Part shown: positions 9,262 to 17,858 of the stretch, one piece after another
Layout of the letters: each line of letters begins with the position of its first letter
Numbering within the stretch: the first letter of the stretch is position 1
Source of the DNA: an uncultured Chloroflexia bacterium
GTDB taxonomy: Bacteria; Chloroflexota; Limnocylindria; QHBO01
Length of the DNA: 64,000 nucleotides
Assembly: GCA_963805645.1 (NCBI GenBank)
Contig: CAWDVA010000005.1
Location: 62,113 to 126,112, forward strand
Direction: 5' to 3'
Made by a program: the position numbers and the translations under genes
Notes under the pieces: generated by a model
What the model saw: the letters and a program-made list of their open reading frames with translations, nothing else
Database searches by the model: none
What the model was told of the DNA's origin: nothing

Positions 9262-10368
9262 ATGGCCACCCGCGCCGCCCACCTCGTGGGCAGCACCCCC
9301 TTCGACGATGCCGACGAGGCCATCGACATCGCGCTGGATCGCCTGGGCGGGCACCTGCACACCGTGCCGGACGGCGAGACCGGCGACCGCCGCAACTGGA
9401 TCATCCACATCATCGAGGCACTGCGCGCGCACCCGGATCTGGAGGTCGCCCGCGATGGGGACTGGTCCGACTATGACCGAACGCCGGTCTTCCGCGTGCG
9501 CCGCGGGCATCGGCTGAGCGGCGGCGCGCTGGACCTGCAGCACGTGGCGCCGTTCGAGGCGGCATACCCGGTGTTCGCCCGGCGACGCGAGGCAGCCGTG
9601 GCGGCGGGCGTGCCGGGCGCCGGCGATCTCGCCTTCCAGGTGGGGATCCCCGGTGACTTCGACATGGCGCTCTTCGCCCTGGGGCCTACCGGCCCCTTCC
9701 GGCACCGTCAGCCCTTCGCCGACGCCACGGTGGGGGAGATCGAGCAGATCGTCTCCCTTGCCGGGCACGATGCCTCGGGACGTTCGGACGTCGTCTTCCA
9801 GCTGGAGATCCCGGCCGAGCTCGTGTTCGTGGCGCGGTTCCCCGGGCCGTTGCAACCCGTCGTAGCCCGCTGGCTGGGCGGGGGCGTCGCGCACCTGGCG
9901 GCCCGGGCGCCGGAGGGCACCCGTTTCGGAATTCACCTGTGCGTAGGCGACATGAACCACCGCGCCCTGGCCCGGCTGAGGGACGTGGCGCCGCTGGTGC
10001 GGCTCGCGAACGCCATCGTCCGGGCCTGGCCGGCAGGTCGGTCGCTGGAGTTCATCCACGCCCCGTTCGCCGCGGCCGTGCTCCCACCTCCGTCGCCGGC
10101 CACTGCCGACGGTGCGGCCTTCTACGCGCCACTCCGGCGCCTGCGGCTTCCGTCCCGGGTCCGGCTCATCGCCGGCTTCGTCCACGAGTCGCGTCCCCTC
10201 GAGGAGCAGCGCGAGACGCTCGCGCTCATCGAGTCGCTCGTCGGGAAGCGGGTCGACGTGGCCACCTCGTGCGGGCTGGGTCGCCGGGACCGCGATTCGG
10301 CGCTGGCGACCATCGATCGCGCGCGCGAGCTCGTGGCGGAGGCCCCATCGGGCACAATCGGTCCATGA
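9262..10368 (+). CDS. Hypothetical protein (possible MetE/UROD-like fold)
   Basis: ORF 9163..10368 with ATG at 9262 preceded by GGAGG. Balanced amino-acid composition, unlike the antisense ORF 9088..10383. Confidence 0.5.
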   Translation: MATRAAHLVGSTPFDDADEAIDIALDRLGGHLHTVPDGETGDRRNWIIHIIEALRAHPDLEVARDGDWSDYDRTPVFRVRRGHRLSGGALDLQHVAPFEAAYPVFARRREAAVAAGVPGAGDLAFQVGIPGDFDMALFALGPTGPFRHRQPFADATVGEIEQIVSLAGHDASGRSDVVFQLEIPAELVFVARFPGPLQPVVARWLGGGVAHLAARAPEGTRFGIHLCVGDMNHRALARLRDVAPLVRLANAIVRAWPAGRSLEFIHAPFAAAVLPPPSPATADGAAFYAPLRRLRLPSRVRLIAGFVHESRPLEEQRETLALIESLVGKRVDVATSCGLGRRDRDSALATIDRARELVAEAPSGTIGP

Positions 10369-10814
10369 CCGACCGTGCGCCAAAGCAGATCGACGGCATG
10401 GCCGTCGCCGAGTTCGCGTTTCCGGGGCCGCTCCGCGAGGAGCTCATCGCGGCCATCGTGCGCGGCGAGAAGACCGCGACCTCCGGACTGCTGAGCGATT
10501 ACGAGCGAGAGGGTGACGCCATTGCGCGACCGGGGGAGCGGCAGGTCGTCATCGACTCCGAGCTCCGGCCGGTTGCCATCATCGAGATGGTCGAGGCGCG
10601 GGTCATGCGGGTGGCGGACGTCGACGAGGCGTTCGCCCACGACGAGGGCGAGGGGTTCGCCTCCGTGGCGGAGTGGCGGGAAGCGCACGAACGGTTCTGG
10701 CATGGATACGCGGACGAGACGCGCGCCTGGCTGGGCGACCCGGACTGGCAGGTCACCGACGACACGCTGATCGTCGCCGAGCGGTTCCGCCTGGTCCGCA
10801 CGCTCGACGCCTGA
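10365..10814 (+). CDS. ASCH-domain protein
   Basis: ATGA overlap with the upstream gene. Sequence ...AIVRGEKTATSG...GERQVVIDSELRPVAIIEMVEARV is typical of ASCH beta-barrel proteins. Confidence 0.6.
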   Translation: MTDRAPKQIDGMAVAEFAFPGPLREELIAAIVRGEKTATSGLLSDYEREGDAIARPGERQVVIDSELRPVAIIEMVEARVMRVADVDEAFAHDEGEGFASVAEWREAHERFWHGYADETRAWLGDPDWQVTDDTLIVAERFRLVRTLDA

Positions 10815-10825
10815 CCCGACCGGGC

Positions 10826-11914
10826 TCAGGTGGGTGGAGCGGGTGGGGCCGGCAGATGGCGCACCGCGCCGCGGTCGCCGATCCACAGCGCCGGAGGCGT
10901 GACCCAGTAGAGCGCCATCTCGTTGAGACGGGCGGCGTAGCCCGAGCGCAGCGTGACGAAGCGGTCCCAGGCGGTATCGACGTCGCGGAGGCTCCAGCCG
11001 GCATCGGCCAGTCGCTGCCGCGCCTCGTCGAACTCGGTGCGCTCCACCAGGGCGACCGGCGCCTGGCCCCAGCCGAAGAACGTGGCCAGGTCCTCGACCA
11101 CGTGGCCGCCGATGCGCTGGACCATGGTCGCCTCGCCGGTGGGTCCGTCGACCACGCAGGTGAGCACCAGCGCCGACGCGTCGAGGACGGCGCCCAGCGC
11201 CGAGACCCACGACGCGTTGTCGTGCGAAGAGCGGAAGTAGGGGAGGATCGGGTACGCGACGTGCGTGTCGAGCACCTCTGCGGCCCACACCTCCCATTCG
11301 AGGAAGAACGCCGGGAGGGCGGACCGCATGTCCTGCGCCCCGTAGGCCTCCAGGAGCGCGACGCCGGACGGCGGCGCGCCGGCACGAGGCTCGAGGCGCA
11401 CCACGAGCGTCTCTCGGCGCTGGAACGAGGCGTACAGGCTGAAGAGATACGTGATCCCCAGCGCCAGGACGCCCAGGCCGAGCCCGCCGCCCAGGACCGC
11501 GGCAAGCCGCGACAGGCCGCCGGTCGCGCTGAAGTCTCCGAAGCCGATGGTCAGCACGGACTCGCCCGAGAAGTAGAGCGCGCTACCGAAATCGGGGATC
11601 GGGGTGAGCTCGTCACGGAGGGCGTACACGATCAACCCAAAGCCCAGGATCATCAGCGCCATCCACGTCATCAGCAGGATCAGGACCACGGCCGGCGCGT
11701 AGGAGCCCAGGATCTTCTCCTGGTCGACGTTCGTCACCTTGCGGACCGCACGGCGGCGCCAGAGCGGCCAGGTCAGGCGGATCAGCGTGCGGGCCAGCCG
11801 GACGCGGGTGTGGGCCGGTCGAGGGAGCACCACCGTCTGGAAGATGTCCCACAGGACCAGGGCGATGAGGAACAGCCCGGCCAGCGACTGGACGACGCCA
11901 GCGAACCAGCCCAT
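10826..11914 (-). CDS. Potassium-channel-like protein (2TM pore, TIGFGD filter) with C-terminal cytoplasmic domain
   Basis: GESVLTIGFGDFSATGG resembles the K+ selectivity filter, flanked by TM helices. Confidence 0.6.
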   Translation of the reverse strand: MGWFAGVVQSLAGLFLIALVLWDIFQTVVLPRPAHTRVRLARTLIRLTWPLWRRRAVRKVTNVDQEKILGSYAPAVVLILLMTWMALMILGFGLIVYALRDELTPIPDFGSALYFSGESVLTIGFGDFSATGGLSRLAAVLGGGLGLGVLALGITYLFSLYASFQRRETLVVRLEPRAGAPPSGVALLEAYGAQDMRSALPAFFLEWEVWAAEVLDTHVAYPILPYFRSSHDNASWVSALGAVLDASALVLTCVVDGPTGEATMVQRIGGHVVEDLATFFGWGQAPVALVERTEFDEARQRLADAGWSLRDVDTAWDRFVTLRSGYAARLNEMALYWVTPPALWIGDRGAVRHLPAPPAPPT

Positions 11915-12269
11915 CAGCCGGCGACCCGCCGGATTGCCCGTGGCGATCTCATGCGCGTGCTTACACCCTCCTTCGGCGTCGCGTTCCGGGTCGCGACGAT
12001 CATGGCAGACCGCGTCGCAGGCGGCGCGCTCTCTCGTGACCTGTCAGACAGGCGACTGACAGGGCCGGTGCGACCTGCCACGGTCGTGCACGCGGACGAG
12101 GACCGTTGCCAGTGGGCACCACTCCTCGCTCGAGACTGGTGCATTTGTCACTGATTCTGTAGTACCAATGGCACTGGAAACACGGTAGACTCCTTCGAAC
12201 GTCCGAGCAGCGCCCGATGTGCCACCGCTGGATCGCGGCCGGATTCGAATCAAAGGCTGAGAGGAAGCA

Positions 12270-13253
12270 ATGCACCACCGTTTCCCCCGTATCGTTGGAG
12301 CGCTTGGACTCGCCATCGCCCTGAGCAGCGGCATGCTCGCCAGCACGGCCGTCGCGTCGAACCCAGCTGGCTGGTTGGCGTCTGTAACGCCGGAGCCGAG
12401 CAAGGTCTCAGCGGGCGACAGCGCTGCCTTTCTCGTGAAGTTCGTAAACCAAGGCCCAAGCAACATCTCGCAGCTGTACCTGACGGCTGCCACCCCGAAG
12501 GATGCGACGTTCATCGTTGCCACGCCGAGTCAGGGCACCTGCAACACGTCAGGCCCGCTTTACTGCGACCTCGGCGCGGTGAACGCGGATGCATCGGCGT
12601 CGCTGAGCGACCCAGAGGTCACGATTACCATCGTGTACCAGACTCCGGCGTCTGGCTCCTCGATGCCCATTACTTTCCAGCTCAACACCACCGGGGTCGC
12701 TTCAGACAAAGGCAACAACAGCCACGGGGATGCCTATAACCTGCCGACCTCGGTCACTCTGAGCACCTCCAATCGAGATTTCGCGGGCCGCTACATCTAC
12801 GACTCGTCGTTCTACGTCTTCACCGATCCCTCGTTCAGCCACAGGAATCCCCACAGCACCGCAGTCACCGCGCCTGGTACCGATATGCCCGTCACGGTGG
12901 CGGATCAGGACGGCAGCACGTATGCATGCCCTGCGGACATCGCGAGTGACTGCTTTGGGCAATGGTCCGTCGTTTCTGTGGACAGCGGAGAGCCGTTCCC
13001 GGCGACTGGTTTCCAGGTCGTCCTTGGCTTCAGCCACTTCGAGCTTCATGGGGGCGTCAACGCCGGCAACATTCAGATTGTCCACCTGATCAGTGCTGAC
13101 CCCGGGTACGAACTCATCACGCAGGCAGACAACACATGCACTTCGGCAACGCCCGATGTCAGCGAGATGCCTTGCATGATCCCGGAGCAGGATGGGAACG
13201 ATGTGATCGTGACCCTGTGGCTGCTCCAGAACGGTCCAATCCGCGGATGGTGA
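12270..13253 (+). CDS. Secreted Ser/Thr-rich hypothetical protein (signal peptide), on a lower-GC island
   Basis: Signal peptide MHHRFPRIVGALGLAIALSSGMLASTAVAS; GAGGAAG RBS. Local GC is about 58-60% against about 72% in the flanks. Confidence 0.6.
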   Translation: MHHRFPRIVGALGLAIALSSGMLASTAVASNPAGWLASVTPEPSKVSAGDSAAFLVKFVNQGPSNISQLYLTAATPKDATFIVATPSQGTCNTSGPLYCDLGAVNADASASLSDPEVTITIVYQTPASGSSMPITFQLNTTGVASDKGNNSHGDAYNLPTSVTLSTSNRDFAGRYIYDSSFYVFTDPSFSHRNPHSTAVTAPGTDMPVTVADQDGSTYACPADIASDCFGQWSVVSVDSGEPFPATGFQVVLGFSHFELHGGVNAGNIQIVHLISADPGYELITQADNTCTSATPDVSEMPCMIPEQDGNDVIVTLWLLQNGPIRGW

Positions 13254-13278
13254 AACCCTTAGGGTTCCGCGCTGAAAT

Positions 13279-13304
13279 CGACGCCCGGTCTCAGGACCGG
13301 GCGT
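13279..13304. terminator. Perfect 11-bp-stem hairpin GACGCCCGGTC-TCAG-GACCGGGCGTC between convergent genes
   Basis: Read directly from sequence; overlaps the stop of the minus-strand cyclase-STAND gene. Confidence 0.45.
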
Positions 13305-16300
13305 CGCTCGTTCCAAGCTCCGACCGGATCCGAGCTGACGAAATGAGGTCGCCCTTCCCCTCGTAGAGTCGCAGGGCATCGGAGAAGTGCTGGTTGGCGT
13401 CCGAGGGATGACCGCACGCTCCCTCCGTTGCGGCCAGCGCCACGAGCATGTCTGCCTGAAGACGCGGCGCGTCTGCCCGCCGGGAGATCTCCACGGCCTC
13501 GCGGGCCAGGGCAACTCCCTCGTCCCGCTGCCCCTCAAGTGCCACGACCCGTGCCTTCACCGCGCGCCACATGGCCTGGCTGTCGATGTCATCCGGAGGT
13601 GCCAGATCCCGCACCTCATCAGCCAGCGCACCGGCGGCGTCGAGGTGCCCGGCTTCGATCTCGACGTGTCCCAGGAAGCCGGCGATCGTCGAGAGGAGGA
13701 ATTTCTCGCCCATGGCAGTCAGGGCATCGTAGTCGCGGCGGAGCTCACGCTCGGCTGCGGCCAGATCGCCGGCTAGCAGCTCGACGCGGGAGGAGTCAAT
13801 GGACGTGGACGCCGAAAGCACGCCGGCTCCCAGATCCTCGAGCGTGGCCCGCGCACCGCGGTACAGATCCCGGGCCTTCTCGAACTCGCCGCGCATGGCG
13901 TACAGCTGCGACAGGGCGGAGTTGATGGTGGCCACGGTCCGCTGATCCCCGTGCGAGGACCTTGCCAGCTCCTCGCAACGTTCGATCGCTTCCGGTACCG
14001 GGATGGGACCGTACGGCGCGGAGGTCGCATACCCGGACGCGCCGCGGGTCTGGGCCCGAAAGTCGCCGGCCAGCCGGGCATGCTCGATCACCTGGTCGGC
14101 CGCCCGGGCTGCATCGCCGTACTTGCCTTCGGTGCCGAACATCCCAAACCGCAACCGCCAAGCGAGCGCCAGACCGGCATGGTCGTCCATCGCCTCGAAG
14201 ATCGGAACAGCTCGATCCACCTGGGTCGCGACGGATTCCGCCCAGTCCGTGGCATCCGCGGTGTATAGCTGCAGCATGAGCGCCAGCAGGGACGCCTCGG
14301 CCTCGAGCCGGTCATCGGAGTGCTCCCGAGCACCCGCGATCGCCTCCTTCAGCACTCGCTCCGCGTCTTCGAACTCGCCCAGTTCCATGAGCGATTCGCC
14401 GAGGTCGGGCAGGATCGCCAGACGGTCGGGATCGCTCAGCGACCGCGTGGAGACCGCCCGCCGCAGGAGGCTCGCGGCCGCCGGCATGTCGCCACGCGCC
14501 TGGGCGCGCCGCCCCGCGCTGGAGAGCTTCTCCGACGCCCGGATGCCCACCCGTCGTGCGTGCTCGTCGATGGTGCCAAGCTCGCTCAGGTAGCGGTACG
14601 CCTGCTCGAGGTGATAGCCGTGGATCTCCTCGAACTCGTGGCCGGCGCGACCCTGGCGAAGGTTGAGCTCCTCCGCCCAGTCGACGAAACGTTCGTGGAA
14701 GTCTGCGCGGGCGCGCTTGAGAAGCCCGTTGTAGGCGGCGTCACGGACGAGGATGTGGGCAAACTTGTAGGCCGCTTCATCCTCGCCCGTTCCCGCGCTC
14801 GACGTGATCAGCTCACGACGCGCAATAGCCCTGAGATGGTCCGGCACCTGCGGCGATGCATCGGCGGGAACCAGCTCCGCGACGGCGGCCTGCGCGAATG
14901 TCTGGCCGATTACCGAGGCCGGCTCGATCACCCCGCGCTCCGTGGACTGCAACAGGTCGAGGCGAGCCGCCAGCAGCGCCTGGATGGTGGGCGGCACCTC
15001 CAGGGCGGTGAGGTCGCGCACCTGCTCCCAATGTCCGTCGGCCTGGCGCAACGATCCGTTGTCGATAAGCATCGAGAGCAGCTGCTCCACGAACAGCGGA
15101 TTGCCGGCTGCGGCGTCCACGATCCGCTGTTGCACGACCTCCGGCAGGCCGGTGCCGCCCAGCAGCCCGGCCACCACCATTCCGGCATCCGCATCGCTCA
15201 ACGGCCGCAGGACGAGGCGGACGGCACCATCGGCCAGCCCCCAGTCGGGATCCCGGTCGAGCAGCTCGTGGCGGCTGGTGCACAGCAGCAGCACGGGCGC
15301 GTGCTCGACGTTGGTGACCAGGTTCTGCAGCAGCTCGAGGAACGTCGTCTCGGCCCAGTGGATGTCCTCGACGATCATGACCACCGGCTGCGTGCCGGCC
15401 AGGTGCTCGAGGAACTTGCGGGCCCCCCACTGGATCTCGGGGACCGGGTAGGGCGTCGTCGAGAGCCCCATCACCGATGCCAGGCGGTCGACCACCTCCT
15501 CTGCCTCGATCGCGCTGCGGAGCTTGCCGAGGGCAGATTCGGCTCCCTCGTCGACGCCGATGCCGGCAGCATCACGCGCGGCCTCCCGCAGCGGCCAGAA
15601 CGTGATGCCGTCGCCATATGGCAGGCACTTGCCGCGGATGACCCGCGCCCCGGCGGCCGCGCTCGCGGTGAACTCGGCAATGAGACGTGACTTGCCGACG
15701 CCGGCATCCCCAACGACGGTCGCCAGCTCGCAGGAGCCCTGCTCGGTTGCGCGGGCGTACAGGCCGGCGAGCGCCGCCATCTCCTGTTCGCGGCCAACCA
15801 TGGGCGCGTCATTTCGCCTGTGGACCGCCTGGTCGACGGTGGCCACCCCGCGCAGGCGGAAGGCGGGGACCGGTTCCGCCTTGCCCTTGAGGGTCAGCGG
15901 TTCGACCTCGTCGACCTCGATCTGCTCGCGCGCGAGGCGGTAGGTGAGATCGCCCAGGAGCACCTCGCGCGCCCCGGCGGCCTGCTCGAGACGCGCGGCG
16001 GTGTTCACGGCGTCGCCCGTCACCAGCCGCTGGCCCAGGCTGGCATCCCCGGCAATCACCTCACCGGTGTTCACGCCGATGTGGCTTTCGAACGACACAC
16101 CCCAATCGGAGGCGATCTCGGCGTTGAGGGCGGGCAGGGCCTGCTGCATCTCCAGGGCGGCCCGGACCGCGCGGAGCGCGTCGTCCTCGTGGAGGGTGGG
16201 GAGCCCGTAGACCGCCATCACCGCATCGCCGATGAACTTCTCGACCGTTCCTCCGTGGCGCTCCAGGATGGGACGCATGACATCGAAGTAGCGCGACATG

Positions 16301-17202
16301 ACGGCCCGCAGGGCCTCGGGGCTGGGCCGGTCGCCCGATTCGGTGACGGGTCGCGGATCCGCGAAGACCAGGGTCACCGTCTTGCGCCGGTCCGCTGCTG
16401 GTGCGGTGCGGTCCAGGACGGCGCCGCAGGTGCCGCAGGTGACGAAATCGGCCGGGTTGTCCTCACCGCAGCTGGGGCAGGCGCGAGCGCCGTCGCTGGC
16501 CGCGTCCTTCGACTCGTTGACCGACGCCTCCGCCGCAGCCGAGACGGCCACCAGCCGGTAGGCCGTGATGGGTTCCTCGAGGCCCTTGGGGACGAAGGGG
16601 CCAATGGGCTCGACCTCTACGGCGTCGCGCACGATCTCGTAGGTCGAGCCGGCCAGCAGCGCCTCCGACGGCAGAGCGTTCTGCTCCATCACCGTGGCGA
16701 TGCGCATGGTGTCCCCGGTGAGCACGTGCTGGCCCTCGCTCGCCTCGCCGACGATCACCTCGCCCGTGGCGATCCCGGTCCGGTTGACCAGCTCGACGCC
16801 GTAGATTCGTTCGAACTGCTCGTTCAGCGAGCTGAGCGTCCGCAGGCTCTCGACAGCGGCCACCACGCCGCGCAAGGGATCGTTGTCATGGTGGGTCGGC
16901 AGTCCGAAGACCGCGACGATAGCGTCGCCGATGATCTTCTCGATCGTCCCCCCGTGCGACTCGAAGACGATGCGCATCTCGTCGAAGTAGCGGGTGAGGA
17001 GCTCGCGAAGCGACTCGGGATCCAGGCGCTCACCCAGCGCGGTCGAGCCCTTGAGATCCGAGGTCACGACAGTGACCGTCCGACGAATCTCTTCGGGAGC
17101 GCGGCTCGGATCCAGGACCGTTCCACAGTACCCACAACGTCGGAACCGATCCGGAACGGACCGGCCGCAGTGCGGACACGGCATTGCTTGCACCCGATTC
17201 AT
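13291..17202 (-). CDS. Multidomain signalling protein: two tandem (zinc-ribbon + class III cyclase) modules, then NB-ARC/AAA STAND ATPase, then TPR repeats
   Basis: CPHCG...CGYCG and CPSCG...CGTCG zinc ribbons each precede a CHD (FSDLKGST / FADPRPVT...GDAVNTAARLE). Walker A GDAGVGKSRL; long C-terminal TPR-like helical region. No C-terminal LuxR HTH. Confidence 0.85.
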   Translation of the reverse strand: MNRVQAMPCPHCGRSVPDRFRRCGYCGTVLDPSRAPEEIRRTVTVVTSDLKGSTALGERLDPESLRELLTRYFDEMRIVFESHGGTIEKIIGDAIVAVFGLPTHHDNDPLRGVVAAVESLRTLSSLNEQFERIYGVELVNRTGIATGEVIVGEASEGQHVLTGDTMRIATVMEQNALPSEALLAGSTYEIVRDAVEVEPIGPFVPKGLEEPITAYRLVAVSAAAEASVNESKDAASDGARACPSCGEDNPADFVTCGTCGAVLDRTAPAADRRKTVTLVFADPRPVTESGDRPSPEALRAVMSRYFDVMRPILERHGGTVEKFIGDAVMAVYGLPTLHEDDALRAVRAALEMQQALPALNAEIASDWGVSFESHIGVNTGEVIAGDASLGQRLVTGDAVNTAARLEQAAGAREVLLGDLTYRLAREQIEVDEVEPLTLKGKAEPVPAFRLRGVATVDQAVHRRNDAPMVGREQEMAALAGLYARATEQGSCELATVVGDAGVGKSRLIAEFTASAAAGARVIRGKCLPYGDGITFWPLREAARDAAGIGVDEGAESALGKLRSAIEAEEVVDRLASVMGLSTTPYPVPEIQWGARKFLEHLAGTQPVVMIVEDIHWAETTFLELLQNLVTNVEHAPVLLLCTSRHELLDRDPDWGLADGAVRLVLRPLSDADAGMVVAGLLGGTGLPEVVQQRIVDAAAGNPLFVEQLLSMLIDNGSLRQADGHWEQVRDLTALEVPPTIQALLAARLDLLQSTERGVIEPASVIGQTFAQAAVAELVPADASPQVPDHLRAIARRELITSSAGTGEDEAAYKFAHILVRDAAYNGLLKRARADFHERFVDWAEELNLRQGRAGHEFEEIHGYHLEQAYRYLSELGTIDEHARRVGIRASEKLSSAGRRAQARGDMPAAASLLRRAVSTRSLSDPDRLAILPDLGESLMELGEFEDAERVLKEAIAGAREHSDDRLEAEASLLALMLQLYTADATDWAESVATQVDRAVPIFEAMDDHAGLALAWRLRFGMFGTEGKYGDAARAADQVIEHARLAGDFRAQTRGASGYATSAPYGPIPVPEAIERCEELARSSHGDQRTVATINSALSQLYAMRGEFEKARDLYRGARATLEDLGAGVLSASTSIDSSRVELLAGDLAAAERELRRDYDALTAMGEKFLLSTIAGFLGHVEIEAGHLDAAGALADEVRDLAPPDDIDSQAMWRAVKARVVALEGQRDEGVALAREAVEISRRADAPRLQADMLVALAATEGACGHPSDANQHFSDALRLYEGKGDLISSARIRSELGTSDARS

Positions 17203-17272
17203 TCCAGCGCGAGTGTAGATGGTGCGGGGACCCCCGGACCTGTCGCCGGCGCCGGATGCGGACGAGGGAATG

Positions 17273-17788
17273 TCAGTCCGGAAGCAGGGCGAGCCACGCG
17301 GACACCCGGTCCAGCGCGTCGTCGAGGACCGGCCGGATGCCGTGGCCCACCCGCGGGTACGTCACCAGCTCGGCCCGGGGCAGGCGCGCGACCGCCCGGC
17401 GCAGGAGGGCGATCCGTGCGAACGGATCGGACTCGCCCGAGAGAAGCAGCACCGGGCAGCCGATGCGTTCGAAGTGGTCGGTGCGTTCCTCCCACTGTTC
17501 CGGATGACCGGGCCGATGGAGCGGGTACGCGAAGAGAACGAGGCCGGCCGCCGGCTGCTCCGCGGCAAGAAGGCTGGCAACGCGCCCGCCGAAGGAGTGA
17601 CCGCCGATCACGGCGTCGGTCGCACCGTCGACCGCCGCGCGGTAGGCGGGCACCGCGCGGTCCGCGCGCCCACGCGGCAGCACCACAGCCTCCGTCTCGA
17701 TGCCACGCGAGCGCAGGCCGTCAAGCTGGGGACGAAGCCCGGCGACCGACCCTGACGCGCCAGGAGCGAGAAACATGCGCGGTGCCAT
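17273..17788 (-). CDS. Alpha/beta hydrolase (short, dienelactone-hydrolase/Tex30-like)
   Basis: Only the last 171 codons of ORF 17273..18454(-) look genuine: MAPRMFLAPGASGS...IGGHSFGGRVASLLAAE...YPRVGHG. Confidence 0.6.
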   Translation of the reverse strand: MAPRMFLAPGASGSVAGLRPQLDGLRSRGIETEAVVLPRGRADRAVPAYRAAVDGATDAVIGGHSFGGRVASLLAAEQPAAGLVLFAYPLHRPGHPEQWEERTDHFERIGCPVLLLSGESDPFARIALLRRAVARLPRAELVTYPRVGHGIRPVLDDALDRVSAWLALLPD

Positions 17789-17858
17789 AGCCGGACGATA
17801 CCCCGCGACCCGGACGCTTCGTCGTGCTTTCACACGTCCGTCACACGCAGTCGCTTCA

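Noticed and set aside
9088-10383. 431-aa minus-strand ORF
   Set aside because: Arg/Gly/Pro-rich junk composition, antisense to a plus-strand ORF with balanced composition, an RBS and ATGA coupling to the ASCH gene.
10122-12154. Long ORFs 10122..11297(-) and 10673..12154(+)
   Set aside because: Antisense or alternative frame to the ASCH and K+-channel-like genes; low-complexity translations.
12190-12260. tRNA-like GGATTCGAATC (T-loop-like) sequence upstream of the secreted-protein gene
   Set aside because: The flanking sequence cannot form a T-stem, acceptor stem or anticodon arm. It is an isolated resemblance, not a tRNA or tRNA fragment I can support.
15820-17790. 656-aa plus-strand ORF and other long plus-frame ORFs (13951..15690 etc.) inside the cyclase-STAND gene
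   Set aside because: Antisense to a gene with clear cyclase, Walker A and TPR motifs. The translations are repetitive G/R/P/A strings.
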